Source: a virus
Lineage: Duplodnaviria; Caudoviricetes
Virus record (IMG/VR): IMGVR_UViG_3300009648_000003
Coordinates: 1 to 64,000 of that record
Strand: one strand, 5' to 3'
Length of the DNA: 64,000 nt
Shown here one piece after another: positions 10,458 to 19,573 of this stretch (position 1 is its first letter; each line of letters starts with the position of its first letter). A model generated the notes under the pieces. That model was not told the origin of the DNA. It ran no database searches and saw only the letters and a program-made list of their open reading frames with translations. Position numbers and translations under genes: made by a program.

Positions 10458-11924
10458 TTAGTCACCTTCAACATCTGTAGCATCTGTGGTTTTCTCATCA
10501 GGTGTACCCCTTATCTCCCCACCATCAGCATTTGTTGGTGTTTCATTATTAATTGGTGTTTCAGATACTGGACTATGTCCTACAGCTATCATTGAAGCTT
10601 CTTCCTGACTAATCCAACCCTGATCACGTTTGAATTGACAATTCATAAGATGTATTTGTTCAAATTGTGCTGTTTCCATACTAGTTCTAATTTCAATAGG
10701 GTTAAATCTAAAATAAACAACACCCTGCATACCTTTTACATTTAAAGCAAGTGTCAAAGCTCTGCTCATTAATCTCTCTACTGTTCTTTGTATTGCTTCA
10801 ACGCCTTTTATATATAGCTTAATCTCCATTTTTGCAAAAGATTCAGTATTTCCAGTAGATCTCCTACCAAGAATAGTTGACAATGTTTTTAAACCAGACA
10901 TTATTTGATGATCTATTACATTCATTAATTTTTCGGGGTCTATTAACACCCCCCCGTTCTGTCCACCACCAGCAGTGTTAATTGAAACAGAATCATAATG
11001 AACAAAACTATCATCTGGGTCTAAGTTATTATACATGTCAATTATTTCTTGTAATTTAGCGTTTAACCACTTCTGCTTCTTCTCTTCGTTATTTCTGATA
11101 GTTATAGGCATTCTTTTTAATAAAACTTCCTCAAGAATAGTTATATCAAATCTTGGATAACCTTGATTGTGTACTACCTGTTTCAGGTCATTTAAAACTT
11201 GCAACTGAAAGATAACAGTGTTTACTGCTCCTAGTATAGGTGATCTACCATATGGACTATCAATTAACTCATCCAACCCATCATATAAAAATGTAGGTAT
11301 ATCTAAAGATATAGTTTCTTCATCTTGATATGGTATATATCTATCATTTTCAAATTTAAAATCTATTGTGGCAGGATCTACTGGGGCTAAAAAAGCTACA
11401 TCATCATAACCTGGTGTCAAAACTAGCTCTAATGCACATGCACCCCTTGTTATAGTAGATAAAAATAATTGTTGTATGACTTTATCAAAATCCCTTGACA
11501 CTTCAAAATGCTCTGTATTAGGTTGAGATAGTCTTTTTATTAATTGATTTATCTCTTCTAGCCCCTCCTCATAAGTCTCGGTATCATCTAAATTCTCAAC
11601 TCTTATGGTATAACCACTATCACCAATACGCATAAAATTCCATATTGCGAAAGATACATCAGGATGAGCATCTATTAATGTATCTATTAAATCATCAACA
11701 CCCATAGTGGATAATGTAAAATCATCTAATTCTAAATCTCGTTGGGTTTTTTTAGGTAATGCACCAAATACTCCTCCACCACCTTGAACAAATTTAGGTA
11801 ATGTAGTTCTAGTACCACCAAAATCACTAACAGAATCATAGTCAGGTGTGTTTGTTGTGTCAATGGTACCCCTTTTATATCTAAAAACATTAAATGTTTT
11901 TTTCAAGTTATCTAAAAAACTCAT
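10458..11924 (-). CDS. portal protein
   Basis: 488 aa; SPYGRSPILGA motif; lies between terminase and protease. Confidence 0.8.
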   Translation of the reverse strand: MSFLDNLKKTFNVFRYKRGTIDTTNTPDYDSVSDFGGTRTTLPKFVQGGGGVFGALPKKTQRDLELDDFTLSTMGVDDLIDTLIDAHPDVSFAIWNFMRIGDSGYTIRVENLDDTETYEEGLEEINQLIKRLSQPNTEHFEVSRDFDKVIQQLFLSTITRGACALELVLTPGYDDVAFLAPVDPATIDFKFENDRYIPYQDEETISLDIPTFLYDGLDELIDSPYGRSPILGAVNTVIFQLQVLNDLKQVVHNQGYPRFDITILEEVLLKRMPITIRNNEEKKQKWLNAKLQEIIDMYNNLDPDDSFVHYDSVSINTAGGGQNGGVLIDPEKLMNVIDHQIMSGLKTLSTILGRRSTGNTESFAKMEIKLYIKGVEAIQRTVERLMSRALTLALNVKGMQGVVYFRFNPIEIRTSMETAQFEQIHLMNCQFKRDQGWISQEEASMIAVGHSPVSETPINNETPTNADGGEIRGTPDEKTTDATDVEGD

Positions 11925-11936
11925 TTAGTCACCCCC

Positions 11937-12905
11937 TCAAAATATATTATCATATTGATTATGATAATCATTATCATTAGCCTCACCATCATTCTCACAA
12001 TAACCCCATCCTAAACCTATCAATTGTTTATCCCATTCATCTAAAATTTCAGGTTCATTGGAAGACTTATTAAGTCTATTATGTTTTTTCTTCTTTTCTA
12101 TACCTCTAAAAGTATTTTTCCATGTGTTATCTAAAAAGCTAAAATACACTCCTTTTGAAAAATAATTTTCTGGATAATGATATTTATTTTCTCCTTTTAA
12201 ATCTTTAAACTGATTGTATCTATCTACAGATCTAAATATTTCATCTTTAGAATATTTCTGTCTAACTTTGTAGTATTCTAAAAAATAACTTTTTTGTTCA
12301 ATACATACTTCTTTCATTTTTCCTAACAGTTGTTGAGCTTCTAATAAAATATCTGAAGGTATATTATTTATATCTAAAGAATTATCATTTGTATCTAAAG
12401 GTGGAGATTTATAATCTAAAGTAATTTCTTCTTTTTCAGATTTAATTTCTTCTTTAGTTTTATCTTCATTTAGAACATTTGTTCTATCTTCGCCTATATA
12501 TATAGATTCTTTAGTTAGATCATTATTAGTTATATTATTATTAGTAGTGTTAGGTTTGCCATTGTTGGGATCACCGATATTGGATTTTCTGATCTCGGTT
12601 GAAACCTCGTAAACATAATATTCATAGCCCTTGAATTGTCCTTTTTCATTTCTAACTTGTTCTCTAATGATATATCCGAATTCTATCAATTCTTTTATCC
12701 CACTTTTTAGACTTGTTATTCCATCTTTGCTATGTTTTACTAATTCATTTTCATATATTTGCCAATCATCTGGCATACTAAGAAGGTATGTTAATATCCC
12801 TTTAGCTTTCCAACTTAATCTTTCATCATTTAGAAATTGTTTATTAATCATTACATAAGGATTTTCTTTATCCTTTATAATTCTATATATGGTTTTTTCA
12901 CTCAT
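11937..12905 (-). CDS. replication initiator-like winged-HTH protein
   Basis: N-terminus NPYVMINKQFLNDERLSWKAKGILTYLLSMPDDW...SGIKELIEFGYI typical of phage/plasmid Rep proteins; Asn-rich linker. Confidence 0.7.
   Translation of the reverse strand: MSEKTIYRIIKDKENPYVMINKQFLNDERLSWKAKGILTYLLSMPDDWQIYENELVKHSKDGITSLKSGIKELIEFGYIIREQVRNEKGQFKGYEYYVYEVSTEIRKSNIGDPNNGKPNTTNNNITNNDLTKESIYIGEDRTNVLNEDKTKEEIKSEKEEITLDYKSPPLDTNDNSLDINNIPSDILLEAQQLLGKMKEVCIEQKSYFLEYYKVRQKYSKDEIFRSVDRYNQFKDLKGENKYHYPENYFSKGVYFSFLDNTWKNTFRGIEKKKKHNRLNKSSNEPEILDEWDKQLIGLGWGYCENDGEANDNDYHNQYDNIF
12351..12421. repeat. iteron-like repeats inside the Rep-like gene
   Basis: ATCT(G/A)AAG at 12351, 12372, 12393 and 12414, an exact 21-bp period. 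Confidence 0.55.
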
Positions 12906-13000
12906 TCTTTACTCTCCTCCCGCATATTTAGTTGGTGGGTAATCCTTACTCATGCGGGATTTTTTCAGGAAAGGGTAGCTATCCCCTGTCCCCACCAAGA
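12906..13000 (-). promoter_or_regulatory. structured 5' leader able to occlude the RBS of the Rep-like gene
   Basis: Complementary pairs 12932-12939/12991-12998 (TTGGTGGG/CCCACCAA) and 12918-12925/12952-12959; the second overlaps the SD. Confidence 0.55.
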
Positions 13001-13145
13001 TTTTATATTAAACTATATCTATATAGTTTAAAACTATAGGAATGTATTGCCTTTCCAATATAGTATTGGTATATTAGTCTTAGATACTATCTACCATATA
13101 TAACATACGAATTAAATTAGAAAAATGATAAGTTAATTTATTATT

Positions 13146-14138
13146 TTATATCGAAATTTTATATTTTGTGTTTTCATTTGGTAATTCTCCTAAAAAGTAA
13201 GTTTCTATATTATTGTAATCAATAGTCTCATGATCGTTGTATTTCACTATGGTATAGCAGTATGCTTGTGGAGTATAGTTTAGTTTTCCGTTATCTGCAT
13301 ATGATTGTGGTTGACATAGACATCCATTTTCAACCACAAATTTACCCTGGTGTCTATCTACTATACCATTACTAAATTTGTGGGTGTGTCCAAGTATTAG
13401 TAAATCAAAAATTTCACCTCTATTTACAAAGTGTTGGGCACCATTTTCTAGCATTTTACCTTTTACCATAGAAAAGTTTTTAGGGTGGGAAACTATTATT
13501 TTTTCATCTATATTTACAAACCAGTGAGGTATATAAATTATATTGTCTATACCTTTGAACTTTCTTTTAGTGTTACATTCGTATAGGGTGAATCCTTCAA
13601 CAATCATATCTAGCAAGTTTGGATTAATAAATTTTTGTATATTCTTTTCACGAAGATTACAAATATCTTTATACCATCTTTCTTCATGATTTCCATTTAT
13701 GATAATTATATCTTGGTTGTTATTAAGAATTTTTCTGACTTTTGTAAGGAAATTATATGTGTAAATTAATTCTTCTTCTACAGTTAAGGTTTCTATTTTA
13801 GGGAATTTCGAGATGGATTTACAGTCCATTAAATCCCCACCTATTACAAGAGTGGTAATTTCATTTTTATGTTTATTGATTATTTCAAGAATATCCTTTC
13901 TTTCAAAAGGTAGATGTAAGTCATTTATAATCATTATAGACTTGTCAAATTTATGTTCTTTTTCTTGATCCACTCTCCGCAAGTAACCATAGCTTGCTTT
14001 TCGTGTTGAATCTGGGTGTTGTTTAATATTTAAAAGTTTATTTATCTTTTTCCATGATAAACCATAACTAGATTGGTTTCGATAGAGTCGTTCTTCATAG
14101 TCCATTAAACTTTCATTTTCTCTTCTTTCGTATATCAT
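13146..14138 (-). CDS. metallophosphoesterase (calcineurin-like)
   Basis: DLH, GGDLMD, NGNHE and GHTH motifs. Confidence 0.85.
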   Translation of the reverse strand: MIYERRENESLMDYEERLYRNQSSYGLSWKKINKLLNIKQHPDSTRKASYGYLRRVDQEKEHKFDKSIMIINDLHLPFERKDILEIINKHKNEITTLVIGGDLMDCKSISKFPKIETLTVEEELIYTYNFLTKVRKILNNNQDIIIINGNHEERWYKDICNLREKNIQKFINPNLLDMIVEGFTLYECNTKRKFKGIDNIIYIPHWFVNIDEKIIVSHPKNFSMVKGKMLENGAQHFVNRGEIFDLLILGHTHKFSNGIVDRHQGKFVVENGCLCQPQSYADNGKLNYTPQAYCYTIVKYNDHETIDYNNIETYFLGELPNENTKYKISI

Positions 14139-15844
14139 CTTCTTCCCCCCGCTCCAAATATTAATGGGATAGCAAAGTGCTCTGTTTGTTCGGGGTCATC
14201 CATAGAACAAATCCAAGCTGCTGCTGCTCTAGCGTCACTAAAGTCCTTTGATTTATCTCTATCGTGGTCAATTTTATTGCCATTTAATAGTTTTATTGCT
14301 TTTAGCTCTTCATTTGCGTTTAGTCGGTTTTCATCCATTCCATTATCTATTTCATGGTCTAAGAGGGCTATATTCCCTGTATAAATCAATCCTTTTAAGT
14401 TTTGGTATATTTGTACTTGAAATGGATTAGAGAAGTTCTTATCTTCAGCTTCAACCCCATATGACATTAATCTTTGAACTACTTCGGCTGAATTAAATTT
14501 ATCAAACATAGCTTTTTTAACATGTACTTGCTGGCATATTTGTTCCAAAACATCTGCTACATTCAATAAATCAACTGGTAACCTATCCTTTTTTGATGGT
14601 TGCCACTCTAAAAGTAAATCTTCAACAGGTTTGTTTACCCACTTTTGTATTTTTTCACCATTTTCAACTATTTCTATAAGGGTGGGCTCAGCATGCATTA
14701 AACAAATTACATAACTATCAGACTTCACACCACCGTCTCCACCTATATAATAAGTGTATGATGGGTCTAATACTAGGTTGTGAAGTTCTAATCCAATAAA
14801 ATGTCGTTCTTCCCCATTAGATAATGTCCTTGTTGAAATAGTTTCTTGGACAATTAAACTATTATTTTGTGCTTTTTTACCTAACATAATCACTTCATCA
14901 ATTTTTTCAGGAAATTGAAATAACCCTTGTGAATATAGCGGTGGTTCACATTCGTATAACATTTTTGCTCTTTCAGGATCTCTGTCATACTCCATTTGTA
15001 AACTTTCTCTGGTTATTGTAGGGTTAACCTCCCATGATTTTCCTTTTATTGCATATACTTGTGGATTAGTCTCGGCTTCTTTAAACTTTTTCATCATAAA
15101 CCCATCAGAACTTCTAGGGAAGCTAATAAATATTAGTAATACTTTCTCACCAAATCTTGTAACTGCTGAAGATCTTAGTGTAGTATATGCACTTTCAGCA
15201 GCTACAGGGTCAAAACCATCAATCTCATCAAATATAACCACTAGTGGATTAAATCCTTCGTATGAATCAGCTTCTGAGTGTGCAGAGTGAGCTGTAATAT
15301 TTTTATAAAATCTTACTTGGTTTTTTGTTAATTGAAAATCTCTGTGGGTGGCATTACGAGTTTGAGATGGGTTATAATTCACTCTTTTAAACCACTTACA
15401 GTTACTTAGTTTTGCTTTAAATTCGGAAAAGAACACATTATTCGCTTGATAAGCATTGATAGCCATATTTATTAAATCAATTGGTGTATCTTTCCCAAAT
15501 CCAAAATAACCATGAGGATCATTCAGGCATAGTACTACATAGCACATATAAGCCAGAATAGAAGATGCTAGGAAGTCTTTTCCACTTCCTTTTCCAAATA
15601 ATGTGCATAGTTCAGTTACTCTTCTTAAATTTTTAGGGCATGCATTTTCATTTCCAATTATTTTATATTGTACTATGCTATCAACTATTTTTATTAACTC
15701 TGTTTGTTTACCTGGGTAGGGTTTTTCTCCTAAAAAATTGGGAGAGGTAAAGAAGGTCATAAAATCTACTGGTTCTTCTTTCCATACCCCTCCTGCATCT
15801 ATTTTACTTTCCGCAATACTTATAAATTCTTCTAATAAATCCAT
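14135..15844 (-). CDS. terminase large subunit
   Basis: Walker A GKGSGKD, Walker B VVIFDE, C-terminal nuclease (GGDGGVKSDS...KIDHDRDKSKDFSDA). Confidence 0.9.
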   Translation of the reverse strand: MDLLEEFISIAESKIDAGGVWKEEPVDFMTFFTSPNFLGEKPYPGKQTELIKIVDSIVQYKIIGNENACPKNLRRVTELCTLFGKGSGKDFLASSILAYMCYVVLCLNDPHGYFGFGKDTPIDLINMAINAYQANNVFFSEFKAKLSNCKWFKRVNYNPSQTRNATHRDFQLTKNQVRFYKNITAHSAHSEADSYEGFNPLVVIFDEIDGFDPVAAESAYTTLRSSAVTRFGEKVLLIFISFPRSSDGFMMKKFKEAETNPQVYAIKGKSWEVNPTITRESLQMEYDRDPERAKMLYECEPPLYSQGLFQFPEKIDEVIMLGKKAQNNSLIVQETISTRTLSNGEERHFIGLELHNLVLDPSYTYYIGGDGGVKSDSYVICLMHAEPTLIEIVENGEKIQKWVNKPVEDLLLEWQPSKKDRLPVDLLNVADVLEQICQQVHVKKAMFDKFNSAEVVQRLMSYGVEAEDKNFSNPFQVQIYQNLKGLIYTGNIALLDHEIDNGMDENRLNANEELKAIKLLNGNKIDHDRDKSKDFSDARAAAAWICSMDDPEQTEHFAIPLIFGAGGRR

Positions 15845-15855
15845 ATTATCAACTC

Positions 15856-16422
15856 CTACTTTCTGCTAAACACTTGCCCAATCCATTTAGTTTCTTGGGA
15901 CATTTTTAATTTTTCAATAATAATAGGTATGGATTGAGGACACTCTTCAGCTACTGTTTCTAATACAATTTCCATAAATTTTCTTGTATTTTCATAATCA
16001 TTTAGTTCTTTTTGAATTTCAATCATCATTTTTAACATTTCTCTCATTTCAGATGAGAGTGCTTTAAATTTATGGGGATCTAACGTTCTACCTTCTTCAT
16101 AAGCTTCACTCTCTAGTGCTTCTAGTAGAGTTGCAGTTTTCCCATAAAGTGTAGTCATTTCAGCTATAATATCCATGCTATTATTGACAACTGCCAACAT
16201 CTTTTTTTTATCTCTTTTTACCAATTCTCGATTTATTTCAGGTATTTGGTCTAAGAATCTTTGTACATTAGTAGCACTAATAGCATCTTTTGCTGGAACT
16301 TTTCCTGAAGCATTTAATTCGTCTGCAATAGCTTGGTATGATAACCCAGCATGTCTTAAATTAACAACATCTTGTTCTAGATTGTATTTAACTATTTTTG
16401 AGACATTTTTATTATATTCCAT
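15856..16422 (-). CDS. putative terminase small subunit
   Basis: N-terminal HTH (GLSYQAIADELN), directly upstream of the large subunit. Confidence 0.6.
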   Translation of the reverse strand: MEYNKNVSKIVKYNLEQDVVNLRHAGLSYQAIADELNASGKVPAKDAISATNVQRFLDQIPEINRELVKRDKKKMLAVVNNSMDIIAEMTTLYGKTATLLEALESEAYEEGRTLDPHKFKALSSEMREMLKMMIEIQKELNDYENTRKFMEIVLETVAEECPQSIPIIIEKLKMSQETKWIGQVFSRK

Positions 16423-16476
16423 TTTATCACACCCCTTCCATCCTGTAGTTTAGGGATTTTGCAAAAGTTGCATAAC

Positions 16477-16594
16477 AAATTATTCATATTTTGTAATTGT
16501 CCGTATATTAAAAACGAAACATAAAATATAAATTTCCTAAAAAATTATTCATATTTTGTAATTGTTCGTATATTAAAAGTGAAGCATTAAATAT
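16477..16594 (+). promoter_or_regulatory. tandemly duplicated phage-type promoter (TTATTCA-N15-CGTATATT x2)
   Basis: ~53-bp near-identical direct repeat with 65-bp period; motif halves at 16480/16502 and 16545/16567. Confidence 0.7.
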
Positions 16595-16651
16595 GAATGT
16601 TTTATAATTACACATGTTTGATATTAGTTATTTTGTGGAAGGGGGGATACT

Positions 16652-17269
16652 ATGAAAATGAGTATTCATAGAGCATTGGCAGAATTAAAACTACTTGATA
16701 AAAGAGTTAATAAGTATATTGCAGAGTCTTTACTATATTGCACACCTAAAAGAAAAGATGAAAAGAACATAGGCTCAGATACATTAGATGAGTATAAAAG
16801 AAAAGTTCAAAGCAATTTTGACTCAATAATGGCGTTAATAAATAGAAAAGAACAAATCAAAGCTAAGATTATGTACTCTAATGCTGTTACTAAAGTAGTA
16901 ATTGCTGGGGAGGAAATGACAGTAGCAGAAGCAATTGAAAAGAAAAATAATATAAAATATAAACAAAAACTATTAGAAAGATTAAAAAGAGATTTTTATC
17001 TGGCAAATAACCAGATAGAGACTGCAAATTCAGAGTTGCCTGACCGATTAGAATCTTTTTTAAAGGCTACTTTAGGGGATAACCCTTCAACTAAGGAAAT
17101 AGAAGCGATTTCAAAAATGTTTTATGATAAAAATGAACTTACATTGTATGATCCAATAGATATTGAAAAGAAAATTAATGATTTAGAGAAAGAAATAGAT
17201 AAATTTCTTACTGAAGTAGACTTTGTATTATCAGAAAGTAATTCAAGAGTCACTATAGAAGTAGATTAA
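16652..17269 (+). CDS. conserved coiled-coil hypothetical protein, possibly related to the DIP1984/DUF6847-like family
   Basis: 205 aa; internal pseudo-repeat MSIHRALAELK / MTVAEAIEKK; ends EVDFVLSESNSRVTIEVD. Family link is from recollection only. Confidence 0.6.
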   Translation: MKMSIHRALAELKLLDKRVNKYIAESLLYCTPKRKDEKNIGSDTLDEYKRKVQSNFDSIMALINRKEQIKAKIMYSNAVTKVVIAGEEMTVAEAIEKKNNIKYKQKLLERLKRDFYLANNQIETANSELPDRLESFLKATLGDNPSTKEIEAISKMFYDKNELTLYDPIDIEKKINDLEKEIDKFLTEVDFVLSESNSRVTIEVD

Positions 17270-17312
17270 TTTGTTATATTATGTGAACTAAGGGCTTTTA
17301 GCCCTTTACATA

Positions 17313-17576
17313 GTGGTTATCCGAAAACTAAAAACTTTAACCCCCTTGATAGTTTGGGTTATAACTATCATGCCAAGGTGAGTAGACCTGAAATCTACTT
17401 TGATTTAGAATAATATATTTAAAGGTTAAATCTTAAATTTTAAACTTTAAGGATTAAAATTTAAAGTTCAAGTTATCAAAGATTAAAATTTAAAGTGTAA
17501 AGTTAGATAAAATCCTTGATTAGGGTTTAGTGTTGGTTAAATCGACTATTAGTTCACCCCAAGGCTGGATAACCAC
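17313..17576 (+). ncRNA. putative structured ncRNA with 12 heptameric repeats
   Basis: 10-bp closing stem GTGGTTATCC/GGATAACCAC, several internal hairpins, AAANNTT-type repeats at 17421-17505; no ORF in the track. Confidence 0.7.
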
Positions 17577-17625
17577 AACACCCCACCTATTTTTTTATCC
17601 CCCTTTGTGGGTGGGGTGTATATAT

Positions 17626-17699
17626 GGAGAGTTAGCTCAACCAGGCAGAGCTATGGGTCATTAATCCCAATGTTGTAGGTTCAAATCCTACACTCTCCG
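17626..17699 (+). tRNA. tRNA-like gene with aberrant anticodon arm (identity undetermined)
   Basis: GGAGAGT/ACTCTCC acceptor stem, GCTC/GAGC D-stem, GTAGG-TTCAAAT-CCTAC T-arm; anticodon arm TGGG-TCATTAAT-CCCA; 3' end G-TCA. Confidence 0.75.
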
Positions 17700-17743
17700 T
17701 CACATTGTAAAATAATCCCTCTATGTTCTCAAAAACATATTAG

Positions 17744-17775
17744 TAAACCCCCTTATTACAGGGGGTTTATTTTTT
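17744..17775 (+). terminator. intrinsic terminator after the tRNA
   Basis: TAAACCCCCT...AGGGGGTTTA followed by a T-run. Confidence 0.75.
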
Positions 17776-17804
17776 GTTCAATTACATTGAACTTAACATT
17801 GACC

Positions 17805-17957
17805 TCACCCACGAACAAAAGAATGAAAATAAGCTGTTTCATCCAGTGTGTAGGGAGTTTTTTCTATCATTTTTTGTTTTGTTTCTTTAATGTGTTTTTT
17901 AAACATACCTTTTTCTTTTAATTCTTTGGTTCTATCATTACCATATTTAATTTCCAA
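17805..17957 (-). CDS. small basic hypothetical protein (50 aa, not in ORF track)
   Basis: AGGAGG SD, TTG start, MEIKYGNDRTKELKEKGMFKKHIKETKQKMIEKTPYTLDETAYFHSFVRG*. Confidence 0.55.
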   Translation of the reverse strand: MEIKYGNDRTKELKEKGMFKKHIKETKQKMIEKTPYTLDETAYFHSFVRG

Positions 17958-18021
17958 ATAAATGCCTCCTTTCTATGATATTATATTGTAAATAATGTAA
18001 TATTAATTTAGATTATAGGGA

Positions 18022-18912
18022 TTAAATTATTTTAGGTTTTATATTAGATAACATTATTTCAACAACTTCTTTTGTACCTTGTCTGCCTTGCCCAGTTAAA
18101 GTTTTTGTACTTATTTTATCCATATAAAGTGGGGGGTAGTGACGAATGAAATATAATAATTTCTTATTATAATATTCTCCACTTTGAAGATAATTAAAGT
18201 AAATAAAGGTACCACTAGTATTGGCTAAAAAGTTAAAGATGAAATCATCATCATGTTCTGAGAAATTAGTATCATACATATCTGTTCTTAGGATATATGG
18301 GGGATCTAGTATAATTAAATCATTTTTTGATGTATTATTTAAAATTCTTTTAAAATCTTCAGTAAAAAACTCATAATTTTTTTGTTTAAGTCTATTTGAT
18401 AGGGTGTTTAATTGTTCTATAATATTGATTTTCATTGTGTCACTAAAAAATTTTGTTTTGCCTTTAGCAAGCCCTCTAAAACCTTGATTAAATTCTCCTT
18501 TTCTATTAAACCTTACCATAGAATTGCTACACATTTTCAGTAATAGTGCAGTTTCATATATAAAATCTTTGTCATATACGTTATTAGAGTATTTACTATT
18601 CCAATAATTTCTAAATACATAGTAATCATCTTTATCTGAAAAATAATTCCATGATTCTATAATGACTTCTAAATCGTTAAAACTGTAGTTAAAATCATTA
18701 TCTCTCATAAAAGAGTAAAGTTTTGGTACTAGAGGAATATTATCATTCCCTATATATAATTCTGCGGGGGTACTGATGTTGAGAAGTATATTTCCAGTAC
18801 CCATAAAAGGTTCAATAACTCTTTCATACTCTCTCCCACGCACTATTTCGTTGATTTTATCTAAGTGTTTGTATTTATTTCCAACCCAATTAAATGGTGA
18901 TTTAATGTACAT
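18022..18912 (-). CDS. DNA adenine methyltransferase (Dam/D12 class)
   Basis: SPFNWVGNK start, EPFMGTG motif I, DPPY motif IV. Confidence 0.88.
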   Translation of the reverse strand: MYIKSPFNWVGNKYKHLDKINEIVRGREYERVIEPFMGTGNILLNISTPAELYIGNDNIPLVPKLYSFMRDNDFNYSFNDLEVIIESWNYFSDKDDYYVFRNYWNSKYSNNVYDKDFIYETALLLKMCSNSMVRFNRKGEFNQGFRGLAKGKTKFFSDTMKINIIEQLNTLSNRLKQKNYEFFTEDFKRILNNTSKNDLIILDPPYILRTDMYDTNFSEHDDDFIFNFLANTSGTFIYFNYLQSGEYYNKKLLYFIRHYPPLYMDKISTKTLTGQGRQGTKEVVEIMLSNIKPKII

Positions 18913-19013
18913 AAAAATCCCTCCTCACTATAAATATACGGGGGAAGTTGGTTGAAGAATTAATCATGGAATCAATACTATCTATTGAAAACAATAAAGC
19001 TAATTATATGGTT

Positions 19014-19160
19014 TTAATGTCTGCAATCTGGACAATCATCGTAACTATATCCATGGGGACAAGTACTCTCTAGAGTAGAAACTCTTCTTTCTAAATTTTT
19101 TAAACGCTTCTCTGTATTTAAAATATGTGTTATTAAAACAATTACTATTATATAGATCAT
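19014..19160 (-). CDS. small membrane-anchored Cys-rich protein (48 aa)
   Basis: GAGGAGGG SD before ATG 19160; hydrophobic N-terminus, C-terminal CPHG...CPDCRH. Confidence 0.55.
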   Translation of the reverse strand: MIYIIVIVLITHILNTEKRLKNLERRVSTLESTCPHGYSYDDCPDCRH

Positions 19161-19230
19161 AAAAATCCCTCCTCGTATTAAATATACGAAGGAGGGTATA
19201 AAATGAATAAAAGCACCTAAATTAGGTGCT

Positions 19231-19557
19231 TTAGAAGTCAAATGAGTCTACTGCATTTAATATTGCATTGTTTAAATCATTATCTTGTTGTTTTATTGTA
19301 GATTGGTCTACATCATTATCATGAGATTGAGGCGGTGGGGTTTGGTATTCAGATAAAATTTCTTTTACTATTTCTCTTATTTTTTTCTCCAAATTATTCC
19401 CTTTTACCTCTTTATCTCTTATCATTTTTTCTCTCACAGCTTCTCTAACATATTCAGATGCTTTACCAGATTTTTTTAACTTCTCTAGGTATTCTATTAT
19501 ATCTTTATCATTTTCTGTGAAACTAAAAGTCATTCTGACATAGTTATTATCGCTCAT
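19231..19557 (-). CDS. ParR-like ribbon-helix-helix adaptor
   Basis: RMTFSF...ASEYVREAVREKM; directly downstream of the ParM-like gene. Confidence 0.7.
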   Translation of the reverse strand: MSDNNYVRMTFSFTENDKDIIEYLEKLKKSGKASEYVREAVREKMIRDKEVKGNNLEKKIREIVKEILSEYQTPPPQSHDNDVDQSTIKQQDNDLNNAILNAVDSFDF

Positions 19558-19573
19558 ATCTATCTCCTCTGCT

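Noticed and set aside
17421-17505. Heptamer tract as a CRISPR array or simple microsatellite
   Set aside because: Units are too short and have no spacers; they are also too divergent in their middles for recent slippage.
17654-17669. tRNA as a UGA (TCA) or UAA (TTA) suppressor explaining the readthrough
   Set aside because: Neither triplet sits at positions 34-36 of a 7-nt loop with U33, and other genes end normally at TGA/TAA/TAG, so recoding is not supported.
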